A stretch of 64,000 nt of DNA from Candidatus Aminicenantes bacterium JdFR-78 (lineage in GTDB: Bacteria; Acidobacteriota; Aminicenantia; JdFR-78). A program made the translations under genes and the position numbers. The stretch covers positions 800 through 64,799 of the forward strand of contig MTON01000032.1 of the NCBI GenBank assembly GCA_002010665.1, written 5' to 3'. Positions 48,960 to 58,154 of the stretch are shown here, in pieces (the first letter of the stretch is position 1; each line of letters begins with the position of its first letter). The notes beneath the pieces are model-generated. The model made no database searches, had not been told where the DNA came from, and saw only the letters and a list, made by a program, of their open reading frames with translations.

Positions 48960-50519
48960 TTATTTGTAATAAATGAACCACTTTAACATAGCTGGGATTA
49001 AACGAATTCTTTTTAAAATTCCTTTTCCAAAAATAAAATCAAAACCCTTTTTTAGTATCTCCACTTTGTCTTTTGTGTAAGGGAACCACCAGAATTCTCC
49101 TTTTTTTCTTTGTTTTTCCATGCATATAAGTTTAGGATTAACTGCTTCAAGAAGTCCGTATTTTCCATGAACTCTTCCTATACCACTCTCTTTTACTCCA
49201 CCCCAAGGACACTGCATTGCATTAAAGGAATAAAGAACATTATTTATCCACACAGTTCCAACTTCTAATTTTTTAGCTATTTCTTTAGCAAGAGGAATAT
49301 TCTTTGTCCAGATGCTTGCACTTAAACCCATTTTAGAAGAATTTGATAATCTTACTGCTTCTTCCCAATTTTTTACCGGAATAATTCTAATCAAAGGGCC
49401 AAAAGTTTCTTCAATCATTGATTTTGTATCAGGTCTTAAGTTTGTCAGGATAGTGGGAGGGAAAAACAATTTATTTAAATTGTGACTTCTCATTTGGATT
49501 ACTATTTTTGCTCCATTGTCTAAAGAATCAATTAAATGTTCTTTAACTTTATTATATTGCTGTAGGTTTTGAAGAGGCCCGATTTCAATATTTTCATTTA
49601 TTCCATTCCCGATTTCTAATTTTTCTAATCTGGATTTTAATCTTTTAATAAAATCTTCTGATATATCTTCTTCAATGAATATTCTTTCAACAGAACTACA
49701 TGTCTGACCACAATTGAACAGGGTTCCAAAGATTGCTCCTTCTACTGTAAGATTAAGGTCTGCATCCTTAAGAATAATCATTGAGTCTTTTCCTCCTAGT
49801 TCAAACACGAATGGTTTTAAAGATTCAGAGCAATCTTTCATAATTTCTTTTCCTGCAGATGAACTTCCTGTGAAAAAGATTTTTTTTACAGGAGTTTTAA
49901 TAAGAACTTTTCCGACTTCTGCTCCACCATAAAGGATATTTAACACTCCTTCTGGAAAACCAGCAGTATCAAAAATATCCTTTATTTTCTTACCTACCAG
50001 AGGAGTATATTCTGAAGGTTTAAACAAGACGGTATTTCCTGCAAGTATAGCAGGTATAATGGTGGCTAAAGGAAGAGATAAAGGGTAATTCCATGGAGAA
50101 ATAACAGCGATAGGGCCTAAAGGTTCATATTCAATCCAAGCTCTTTTCCCCCATAAAAAGGGTTGATAAAATTTTATTTTCTCCTTTTTAAGAATTTTTT
50201 TTGCATTCTTGATATAATATACAAGGGCATCGAGGGATGCACATATGTCACTGGAGAATGATTCCATTAAAGGTTTACCGGTTTCAAGAGTAATAAGTTC
50301 TGCTATTTCATCTTTTGTTTCTAAAATTATTCTCTTCACTTTCTTCATTAATTTTAATCTTTTATTCAATGGAATTTCCTTCCAGGTTTCAAAAGCTTTT
50401 TCTGCTTTTTCATAGGCTTTTTTAACATCTTCTTTGGAAGATACTATTACAGCACCTATTTTTTCACCCGTTGCTGGATTAATGGATTCTAAAATATTTT
50501 GATTCAAATTCATGGCCAT
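48960..50519 (-). CDS. NAD(P)-dependent aldehyde dehydrogenase
   Basis: The ALDH Glu motif FELGGKD and Cys motif FNCGQTCSS are present. Confidence 0.85.
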   Translation of the reverse strand: MAMNLNQNILESINPATGEKIGAVIVSSKEDVKKAYEKAEKAFETWKEIPLNKRLKLMKKVKRIILETKDEIAELITLETGKPLMESFSSDICASLDALVYYIKNAKKILKKEKIKFYQPFLWGKRAWIEYEPLGPIAVISPWNYPLSLPLATIIPAILAGNTVLFKPSEYTPLVGKKIKDIFDTAGFPEGVLNILYGGAEVGKVLIKTPVKKIFFTGSSSAGKEIMKDCSESLKPFVFELGGKDSMIILKDADLNLTVEGAIFGTLFNCGQTCSSVERIFIEEDISEDFIKRLKSRLEKLEIGNGINENIEIGPLQNLQQYNKVKEHLIDSLDNGAKIVIQMRSHNLNKLFFPPTILTNLRPDTKSMIEETFGPLIRIIPVKNWEEAVRLSNSSKMGLSASIWTKNIPLAKEIAKKLEVGTVWINNVLYSFNAMQCPWGGVKESGIGRVHGKYGLLEAVNPKLICMEKQRKKGEFWWFPYTKDKVEILKKGFDFIFGKGILKRIRLIPAMLKWFIYYK

Positions 50520-50605
50520 TTTCCGTTCCTTCCATTAAATTCTGAGGAAATTATACAATACAGAAATATGAAATGTAAATAAAATTTAATAGGATTGATC
50601 AGTTT

Positions 50606-53386
50606 TTAACTTGTATTTTCAAGAGTTTCTCGCACTATTTTTGAAAATTGTTGGACATTAAATGGCTTTTGAATCCAAGAAATTTTGTTCTTTTTGAGAA
50701 AATTTATTTCATTTTCTCTAAGAGGATATCCAGTAATAATAAGTATTTTTAATTCAGGATTTTTTTTCCTCAAACTTTTAATTAACTCAATTCCACTTAA
50801 TTCTGGCATTATTCTATCACTTATAACTAACTTTATCTCATTTTTGTATTTTTCATAAATGTAGATACCTTCTTTTCCATTTGAGGCTGTTATAGCTTTA
50901 TATTTTAATTTTTTAAGAGTTCTTTTCATCAATTCAAGAATTGATTCATCATCTTCCACAATTAATATTTTCTCTCCTCTTCCATTAATTAATTTCTTTT
51001 CTTCCTTTCTTTCAATTTCCATTTCTTTAGGTGATTTATAAATGGGGAGATAGATTGTAAATATTGTTCCTTTTCCAACTTCACTTTCTACTTTTATATA
51101 TCCATTATGTTGTTTAATAATACCATAAGTTTGAGATAAGCCAAGCCCCGTACCTTTTCCAGGAGGTTTTGTTGTAAAAAAGGGTTCAAAGATACGAGGT
51201 AAAATTTCTTTAGGTATTCCAACCCCTGTATCTTTTAATTTCAAAACCACCCATTCTCCATCCTTCATTTCTGGAAATGGTTTTTTTAGAATATCAAAAT
51301 ATTCTTTCCAGATATCGATTTTTAATGTTCCTCCCTTTGGCATTGCATCATAACTATTTATTGCTAAATTAGTGATAACTTGCTGGAGTTGGTTAATATT
51401 TGCTTTTACCTTATATTCATCTTGCTTGTAATTAAATTCTATATTTATATTTTCTGGGATCGTCCTATTTAAAAGTTTGACTGTTTCTTTTAAATGTGGA
51501 AGTATGTCAACAGGAAATTTTTCAGTAATTGAGCTCCTACTAAAATCAAGAAGCTGTCGGATAAGAGTCGATGCATGTTGGCATTGAGAAATTATAATTT
51601 CCAGTTTTTCTTTAATTTGAGGGGAATTTGAAGATGTCATTTTGATTAAATCAGCATAACCCATTAATGTTGTCAAGATATTATTGAAATCATGAGCAAT
51701 ACCCGCTGTTAATCTCCCTAAACTTTCTAATTTTTGTGACTGTATTAATTGATTTTCAAGTTCCTTTTGGTCTGTGTAATCTCTTATGATTCCTTCGTAA
51801 GCGATTATATTGTCTTTTTCATCTTTTAGGACATTGGAAGAGATATGCCCTATTATTCTATTTCCCTCTTTATCTTTCAAAATAAATTCATAATTTTTGA
51901 TTTCATTTCTTTTTTCCATAAGCTTTTGATATTTATTCCAATCCTCGATATAATAAAAAAGACTCTTTGCATTTATTTTCATTATTTCTTCCTTGGATGA
52001 ATAGCCAAATAGCTCAACTCCAGCTGGGTTAATATCTATAATTTCACCATTCGGAGAAATTACAAAAATAACATCTTTTGACCTTTCGAATAAACTTCGG
52101 TATTTTTTCTCGGATTCTCTTAACAAATTGAAATAATGAGCTTTCATAATAGCTAATCCAGCATGTTCTGCAAGAGTTAACAAGAGTTTAATTTCATTGG
52201 AGGTAAACTTTCTTATTTCTTGAGTCATTATATTTAATACACCTACTACTTCTTGATTTACTTTAATTGGTATACTAAGATGAGACCTTAAATTGTATTT
52301 TTTTATTATGTTTTCTTTTATTTCTTTTGGGATATCAATATTCATAAGGTTATGAATGTAGAAAGGCTTTCCTTTTAATGCGGTTAATTCACTTATATCA
52401 TAATTATTTTTTTCAAAAGGAATAATTTCTCTATATTTCCAGTAGTCTTTTCCAATTCCCCTTGTTACTTTTGTTACAAGAGCATTTTTTTTCTTATCTA
52501 TTAAACAAATTGAACAATAGTGGTAGTTAATTACTTTACCAATAGCTTCAACAAGTCTTTCAAGAATCTGGTCTACATTTAAACTTTTATTTAGAAGAGA
52601 AGATACCTCATAAAGAATCTTCAATTCTTTTTCCCTTCTTTTCCTCTCAGTTATGTCTCTAAGCGTTCCAATAGTTATTTTTTGACTCTCGACTTCAACT
52701 ACTTTAATATTTACATCAAAAAGAATTTTTGTTTTTCCGTCTTTATGGAGAACAGAGATTTCATAATTTTTTGGTACATTTACACCTTTTACTCTTTGAT
52801 AATAACGACGAATCACTTTTTCCTGATCTTCGGGAGCAACGATTTTATAAAAAGGATGACCAATAATTTCATTTATTTCATATCCTGTTTTTTCGATTAA
52901 TGCTTTATTAACAAATTTAATCTTTCCTTTTTCAACAACAAATACACCATCTTGAATATTATCAAATAGAAAGCGATACATTTCTTCTGATTTTTTTAAC
53001 TTTTCTTGTTTGTTTTTTAATCGTTTACTTAAATCTCCTACAATTCCTATTAAGCATCCGATAACTATTATTGCTATAAATCCAGAAACTGTTCCGCTTC
53101 GAATTATATTTTCCCATTGCAATCCAATAATAGAATTTAAAAGAAATATATCTATTAAGCCGATTAGTAAACCTACTAAAAATCCTCCTTTTAAACCAAA
53201 AAATAATCCAATAATAATAACAGGAATTACGGATAAAGGAAAAATTCCTGCTCTCAATAAATGACTGAAAAGAATGAAGATAAATATATATATGAAAGTT
53301 ATAATTAATATTAAAATAATACTTTTGGTTGAAAGAGTAATATTTGAGGGGAGTTTAAAAAAATTTGAGAACCTAAACTTTTTCAT
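50606..53386 (-). CDS. hybrid sensor histidine kinase (TM - PAS - GAF - PAS - HisKA - HATPase_c - REC)
   Basis: The H-box is LTAGIAHDFNNILT, the G-boxes are GTGLGLSQTYGII, and the C-terminal REC is KILIVEDDESILEL...ISDRIMPELSG. Confidence 0.85.
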   Translation of the reverse strand: MKKFRFSNFFKLPSNITLSTKSIILILIITFIYIFIFILFSHLLRAGIFPLSVIPVIIIGLFFGLKGGFLVGLLIGLIDIFLLNSIIGLQWENIIRSGTVSGFIAIIVIGCLIGIVGDLSKRLKNKQEKLKKSEEMYRFLFDNIQDGVFVVEKGKIKFVNKALIEKTGYEINEIIGHPFYKIVAPEDQEKVIRRYYQRVKGVNVPKNYEISVLHKDGKTKILFDVNIKVVEVESQKITIGTLRDITERKRREKELKILYEVSSLLNKSLNVDQILERLVEAIGKVINYHYCSICLIDKKKNALVTKVTRGIGKDYWKYREIIPFEKNNYDISELTALKGKPFYIHNLMNIDIPKEIKENIIKKYNLRSHLSIPIKVNQEVVGVLNIMTQEIRKFTSNEIKLLLTLAEHAGLAIMKAHYFNLLRESEKKYRSLFERSKDVIFVISPNGEIIDINPAGVELFGYSSKEEIMKINAKSLFYYIEDWNKYQKLMEKRNEIKNYEFILKDKEGNRIIGHISSNVLKDEKDNIIAYEGIIRDYTDQKELENQLIQSQKLESLGRLTAGIAHDFNNILTTLMGYADLIKMTSSNSPQIKEKLEIIISQCQHASTLIRQLLDFSRSSITEKFPVDILPHLKETVKLLNRTIPENINIEFNYKQDEYKVKANINQLQQVITNLAINSYDAMPKGGTLKIDIWKEYFDILKKPFPEMKDGEWVVLKLKDTGVGIPKEILPRIFEPFFTTKPPGKGTGLGLSQTYGIIKQHNGYIKVESEVGKGTIFTIYLPIYKSPKEMEIERKEEKKLINGRGEKILIVEDDESILELMKRTLKKLKYKAITASNGKEGIYIYEKYKNEIKLVISDRIMPELSGIELIKSLRKKNPELKILIITGYPLRENEINFLKKNKISWIQKPFNVQQFSKIVRETLENTS

Positions 53387-53414
53387 TCTACCCCCCTTTA
53401 CAATTTCTGTTTTT

Positions 53415-53810
53415 CTATTTAATTAAACTCCTTAATATTTGTTCGAGCCTATCAAATTCAGTTGATTTACTCAAAAAATAATCGGCACCGAGTTCCATGC
53501 ATTTTTTAAGATACTGACTTCGTGGATAATTTGTGAATATTAAAATGATTGTTTCTGGATGATCTTTTTTGATTTTTCTTAAAATATCAATCCCACTTCC
53601 TTTGGGTATTCTTATATCTAATATAACCGCATCCGGTTTTAATTCCTTAATAGAATTTATTACTTGAGGCGCTGTAAAAGCTTGTCCAACAACTTCAATT
53701 TCTGGAATCTCTAAAAGCATTTCTGTTATTCTTTCACAAATCATTGCTGAATCATTTGCAATAAATACTTTCATTAATTCTCCTTTTCTTTGTAAAATTA
53801 CTTGACACAT
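53415..53810 (-). CDS. single-domain response regulator (REC)
   Basis: Contains MKVFIANDSAMICE...AVILDIRIPKGSG. The true start is probably M13 (53774). Confidence 0.75.
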   Translation of the reverse strand: MCQVILQRKGELMKVFIANDSAMICERITEMLLEIPEIEVVGQAFTAPQVINSIKELKPDAVILDIRIPKGSGIDILRKIKKDHPETIILIFTNYPRSQYLKKCMELGADYFLSKSTEFDRLEQILRSLIK

Positions 53811-53920
53811 CTAAAAATTATCCCTTTTTAGAAGGACAAGACAAAATTAAATATATAAAAATTTGAAAGGGAAAAATATAAGGATTTTTCTGAATTTGTT
53901 GTAAGTATTTATCCTACTTT

Positions 53921-54553
53921 TTACTTTATAAGACCATGTTTTATTGCATAATGGATTAATTCAGCATTATTTTTCATTTTCATCTTTTCAAGAATACGCA
54001 TCCTGTAAGTACTTATTGTTTTCTCACTCAAACAGAGTTCTTCTGCAATTTTTTTTATTGTTTTACCAGATGCTATCATACATAAAACCTGATACTCTCT
54101 ATCCGAAAGATTTTCATGAAGGGGTTTTTCATTTTTTCTACTTAACTCATAAGCTAATTTTTCAGCAAGAGAGGGAGTTATATATTTTCCACCTTTAAAA
54201 ATTTTTTTTACAGCTTTTATTAATTCATGAGGTGTTTTGTCTTTAGTTAAATATCCCGAAGCCCCAGCTTTTAATGTTCTAATTGCATAATTTTCCTCTG
54301 GATGGATACTTAAAATGAGGACAGGAAGATTTGGTTTTAGCTCTTTTATTTGTTTTAAAACATCAAGTCCATTTCTATCAGGAAGAGAAATATCCAAAAT
54401 GATTAAATCAAGCTTTTCTTTTCTAACTTTTTCTATTGTTTCTTTTCCTGTTTTTGCCTCATTTACAACTTTTATATCTGAAAATTCTGAAAGAATTTTC
54501 TTTATCCCTTCCCTTACAATTGCATGGTCGTCAGCGATTAGTATTTTGAACAT
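53921..54553 (-). CDS. NarL/FixJ-family response regulator (REC + LuxR-type HTH)
   Basis: Contains MFKILIADDHAIVREG...LDISLPDRNG, and the C-terminal HTH is LSDREYQVLCMIASGKTIKKIAEELCLSEKTISTYR. Confidence 0.85.
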   Translation of the reverse strand: MFKILIADDHAIVREGIKKILSEFSDIKVVNEAKTGKETIEKVRKEKLDLIILDISLPDRNGLDVLKQIKELKPNLPVLILSIHPEENYAIRTLKAGASGYLTKDKTPHELIKAVKKIFKGGKYITPSLAEKLAYELSRKNEKPLHENLSDREYQVLCMIASGKTIKKIAEELCLSEKTISTYRMRILEKMKMKNNAELIHYAIKHGLIK

Positions 54554-54565
54554 TATTTTTACTTT

Positions 54566-55594
54566 TTATTTTATCGGAACACTTATTCTCACGGTTGTTC
54601 CTTTCCCTTTAATTCCTTTGATTTCAATTTCTCCTTCAAGAAAATCAACCCGTTCTTGCATTCCAATTATTCCTAATGATTTTGAATCATTGATTTTCTC
54701 TTTAGGGATTCCAATTCCATTATCCTTTACATTTAATATTAGATTGTTATTTTTCCTTTTGATATCTATTTTTACTTCAGAAGCTTGAGCGTGGTGAGCT
54801 ATATTTCTAAGGATTTCCTGGAAAATTCTAAAAATAGCTAATGCTCGGTTTTTATCAAATTCAATATTCTCACATGATAGTGAAAGAAAACATTTAATTC
54901 CTGTCCTATTTTGAAATTCTTCTGTTTGCCATTTAATTGCTTCAAAAAGACCTAAGTCATCCAACACAGATGGTCTTAAACGCGTTGAGATTTCCCTTAT
55001 AATTTTAAAAGAGGAATCAATAAGTTCTTTCATCGATTTTATCTTTTCTCTTAAAATTTTGAAATTTTTAGGTAACTTTTTTTCTAACCAATACAAATCC
55101 ATTTTTAAAGCAGTTAGATTTTGACCCAAATGGTCATGAATATCCCTAGCAATTACTGTTCTCTCTTCTTCTCTCACGTTCTGTAAACGAGAAATAAGTT
55201 TCTTTAATTTCTCCTCTACAGATTTTTGTTCGGTTACATCTATCCCTGAAATTAAGGTTCCGATAATTCTTCCAGATGAATCTCTTAAAACAGTGTTTTT
55301 CCATGAAATAATTTTTTCTTCTTTACTTCTCGTTAATACAGGATTTTCTAAATAATCAAACTTTTCAATTTTTCCATTCATTAAACTCTGAAAAACTTTT
55401 TTTGCTTTTTCTCTTATTCTAAGAGGAATAAAATTTTCAAACCAATCTTTTCCAATTATTTCTTTTTCTTCATATCCTAATATCTCACATCCGTTTTTAT
55501 TTATAAAAAAAACTTTTTGTTCAAAATTAATTCCTACAAGGATAACTCGTGTAATATCAATAAAATCCTCGACTTTTAACTTTTTTATTAGCAC
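54566..55594 (-). CDS. sensor histidine kinase (PAS + HisKA_3 + HATPase_c), NarX/DegS-like
   Basis: The HisKA_3 H-box is ERTVIARDIHDHLGQNLTALKMDL, and the ATPase motifs are VKDNGIGIP...GIIGMQERV. Confidence 0.8.
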   Translation of the reverse strand: MLIKKLKVEDFIDITRVILVGINFEQKVFFINKNGCEILGYEEKEIIGKDWFENFIPLRIREKAKKVFQSLMNGKIEKFDYLENPVLTRSKEEKIISWKNTVLRDSSGRIIGTLISGIDVTEQKSVEEKLKKLISRLQNVREEERTVIARDIHDHLGQNLTALKMDLYWLEKKLPKNFKILREKIKSMKELIDSSFKIIREISTRLRPSVLDDLGLFEAIKWQTEEFQNRTGIKCFLSLSCENIEFDKNRALAIFRIFQEILRNIAHHAQASEVKIDIKRKNNNLILNVKDNGIGIPKEKINDSKSLGIIGMQERVDFLEGEIEIKGIKGKGTTVRISVPIK

Positions 55595-55650
55595 TTCTTT
55601 GCTTTTTAATTTATAAAATGAAATATATCATTTCACATAATTTAATAAAC

Positions 55651-55667
55651 TTGACAAAAATTGTCAA
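55651..55667. promoter_or_regulatory. perfect palindrome TTGACAA-aaa-TTGTCAA in the divergent intergenic region of the HK and NtrC-like genes
   Basis: Read directly from the sequence: 7-bp arms with a 3-bp spacer. Each arm also reads as a -35-like TTGACA on its own strand. Confidence 0.35.
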
Positions 55668-55760
55668 CCTTTTCAAAAGCTTAGAAAGAGGCTGAATTTG
55701 AAGCGATGAAAAGGGTGTGATAAAATTGAAAGCAAATAAGTATGTTTAAAGAGGAGAAAG

Positions 55761-57206
55761 GTGGTTAAGAAGAATAAAATTTTAGTAGTTGATGACGAAG
55801 AAAGCATAAGAAAATCATTAAAGATGATTTTGGAGTACGAAGGCTATCAGGTTTATGAAGCTGTTGATGGTTATTCTGCTCTTGATTTAATTGAAGAAGT
55901 TTTTGACATTGATTTAGTTCTTCTTGATATAAAGCTACCAGGTATGGATGGAATAGAAGTTCTTTCCGAAATTAAGAAAAAACCGTATTCTCCGGAAGTT
56001 ATAATGATTTCCGGTCATGGGACAATAAAAGTAGCAGTTGAGGCGACAAAATTAGGTGCTTTTGATTTTCTTGAAAAACCTTTACAAAGAGAAAGAGTTC
56101 TTTTAAGTGTGAGAAATGCTTTGAATCATTCAAGATTAAGAGAAGAAAATATTGATTTGAGAAAGAGAGCAGAGAAAAAATATGAATTGATTGGTGAACA
56201 TCCATTAATGAAAAAATTATGGGAGCAGATTTTAAAAGCTGCTCCAAGTAATGCAACAGTGCTGATATATGGAGAGAGTGGGACAGGGAAGGAACTAATT
56301 GCCAGAGCAATACACAAACATAGTCTAAGAGCTAAGGAAAGATTTGTCCAGGTAAATTGTGCAGCAATTCCAGAGGAGCTGATTGAAAGCGAACTTTTTG
56401 GGCATGAAAAAGGAGCATTTACGGGTGCTACTGAAAAAAAAATCGGGAAATTTGAACTTGCTAATCACGGAACAATTTTCCTTGATGAAGTAGGAGATAT
56501 GAGCTTGAAGACACAATCAAAGGTTTTGAGAGTTCTTGAAGAGGGTGAGGTTCAGAGAGTCGGTTCTTCCCAGATAATAAAAGTGGATGTTAGAATTATT
56601 GCTGCGACAAATAAGAATCTTGAGGAAGAAATTAAAAAAGGAAAATTTAGAGAAGATTTATATTATCGCTTAAATGTAATCCCGATTTATTCTCCGCCTC
56701 TAAGGGAGAGGAAGGAAGATATTCCGCTTTTAGTTAATTATTTTATAAAATGCTATTCTGAGGAAAATAACATTAAACCTAAAAGGTTCTCTGAAAAAGC
56801 AATTGAAGTAATGATGAAATATCCATGGAAAGGTAATGTAAGAGAACTGCGGAATGTTGTGGAGAGGTTGCTTATTATGACAGAAAGGGATATAATAGAT
56901 ATTGAAGACTTGCCCGAATACATTCGAGGGGATAGTTCGATATATTTTCCAGATGCAAAGAATATTAAAAGTTTAAAAGAGTTCAGGGAGCTGGCAGAAA
57001 AAAGATTTATAATAGAGAAATTGAAAGAAAATAATTGGAATATTTCAAAGACCGCTCGGGCTATTGGGACTCCACGAAGTAACCTGTATAAGAAGCTTGA
57101 ACAATATGGAATAAAAATAAAGGTCGGGGTAGGTGAGGTGATCGCTCCTCCTGAGAAAGCAGGAGGGGAGGAAAGTCCGAACTCCACAGGGCAGGGTGGT
57201 CCGTAA
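55761..57206 (+). CDS. sigma-54-dependent response regulator (NtrC family: REC + AAA+ + Fis-type HTH); its 3' end overlaps rnpB
   Basis: The REC is ILVVDDEESIRKSL...LLDIKLPGMDG, the Walker A is GESGTGKE, and the GAFTGA motif (EKGAFTGAT), ESELFGHEKGAFTGA and a C-terminal HTH ...TARAIGTPRSNLYKKLEQYGI are present. There is no in-frame stop until TAA 57204-57206, which lies inside the RNase P RNA. Confidence 0.85.
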   Translation: MVKKNKILVVDDEESIRKSLKMILEYEGYQVYEAVDGYSALDLIEEVFDIDLVLLDIKLPGMDGIEVLSEIKKKPYSPEVIMISGHGTIKVAVEATKLGAFDFLEKPLQRERVLLSVRNALNHSRLREENIDLRKRAEKKYELIGEHPLMKKLWEQILKAAPSNATVLIYGESGTGKELIARAIHKHSLRAKERFVQVNCAAIPEELIESELFGHEKGAFTGATEKKIGKFELANHGTIFLDEVGDMSLKTQSKVLRVLEEGEVQRVGSSQIIKVDVRIIAATNKNLEEEIKKGKFREDLYYRLNVIPIYSPPLRERKEDIPLLVNYFIKCYSEENNIKPKRFSEKAIEVMMKYPWKGNVRELRNVVERLLIMTERDIIDIEDLPEYIRGDSSIYFPDAKNIKSLKEFRELAEKRFIIEKLKENNWNISKTARAIGTPRSNLYKKLEQYGIKIKVGVGEVIAPPEKAGGEESPNSTGQGGP

Positions 57207-57550
57207 CACGGACGGCTCTTCCGGGAAACCGGGGGAGTACGGAAAGTGCCACAGAAAATACACCGCCCCGTAAGAGGAGCGTTAGCTCTTTACGGGGTAA
57301 GGGTGAAAAGGCGAGGTAAGAGCTCACCGGCACGGTGGTGACACCGTGGCCTGGTAAACCCCACTTGGAGCAAGACCAAATAGGCCCCGTTGCTTCTGGC
57401 TTTGACCAGAAGCAGGAGATGGCCCGTCTCCAAGGGGCGGGTAGGTCGCTAGACCCTGACAGCAATGTCAGGGCTAGATAAATGATCACCACCCCGTTTC
57501 TGGTAACAGTAACGGGGCACAGAATTCGGCTTATCACCTGCCCCGACCTA
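57121..57550 (+). ncRNA. rnpB: RNase P RNA, bacterial type A (rnpB)
   Basis: It is a GC-rich island. The conserved GGAAAGTCCGAACTCCACAGGGCAGGGTG is P4/CR-I, and GGTAAGGGTGAAAAGGCGAGGTAAGAGCTCACC, AGCAAGACCAAATAGG, CTAGATAAATGA and ACAGAATTCGGCTTATC are present. The P1 helix pairs 5' GGTCGGGGTAGGTGA with 3' TCACCTGCCCCGACC. Confidence 0.85.
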
Positions 57551-57596
57551 AATTTTGAAATTTTAAAAATTATTTAATACATTTTTAAGGCTATTC

Positions 57597-58121
57597 ATGA
57601 AAGAAAAAGGGAGGACTTCTGAAATGTTAATACCATCTGCTATTATGGGTTCTATTGCATTTATTTTATTATTTGTAGGATATTTAAAGGGAGAAAACAG
57701 GCATCTTATAGGGCTGAAATTTGCTTCTAATATGATGATTAAGATTCTTCCTCTATTAATTTTTGCTTTTATTATAGCAGGTATGATTCAGGTTCTAATT
57801 CCTAAAGAATTATTGTCAAAATGGATTGGTATTCATTCTTGATTTAAAGGGATACTTATCGGGACAATAGCAGGAGGATTGTCTCCTGGAGGTTCTTATA
57901 TAAGTTTCCCCATTGCTCTCACACTTCTGCGCTGTGGAGCAAGTATAGGAACTATGGTCGCTTTTGTTACTGAATGGTCTTTGTTGGCTGTTAGCAGGAT
58001 ACCTCTTGAATTAGGAATATTAGGTTGGAGATTTACCCTTATTCGTTTTATAACCACTTTTTTGTTTCCTCCTGTAGCCGGTTTATTAGCTCAAATCTTA
58101 TTTTCAAATGTAAAATTATAA
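57597..58121 (+). CDS. DUF318-type predicted permease subunit interrupted by a single in-frame TGA (57840-57842)
   Basis: ORF 57597..57842 and ORF 57879..58121 are in the same frame, separated only by one TGA. Across the junction the reading is ...LLSKWIGIHS*FKGILIGTIAGGLSPGGSYISFPIALTLLRCGASIGTMVAFVTEW..., continuous permease-like TM sequence. Confidence 0.45.
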
Positions 58122-58154
58122 AAGCCTCTAATTTTGATTTGTTAATTTAAATCT

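Noticed and set aside
57045-57537. Long GC-rich ORFs on the minus strand (57045..57263, 57061..57537; 72 and 158 aa).
   Set aside because: They lie antisense within the RNase P RNA gene. Their open frames are a by-product of the GC-rich structured RNA in an AT-rich genome, and the composition (Pro/Arg/Gly/Ser-rich) is unlike the rest of the proteome.
57840-57842. Alternative genetic code (UGA read as Gly or Trp, codes 25/4), as an explanation for the in-frame TGA in the permease.
   Set aside because: prfB is present with its UGA-dependent autoregulatory frameshift site. Many well-defined genes (the NHL gene, ribF and others) terminate with TGA exactly where homologs end. So UGA is a stop codon here.
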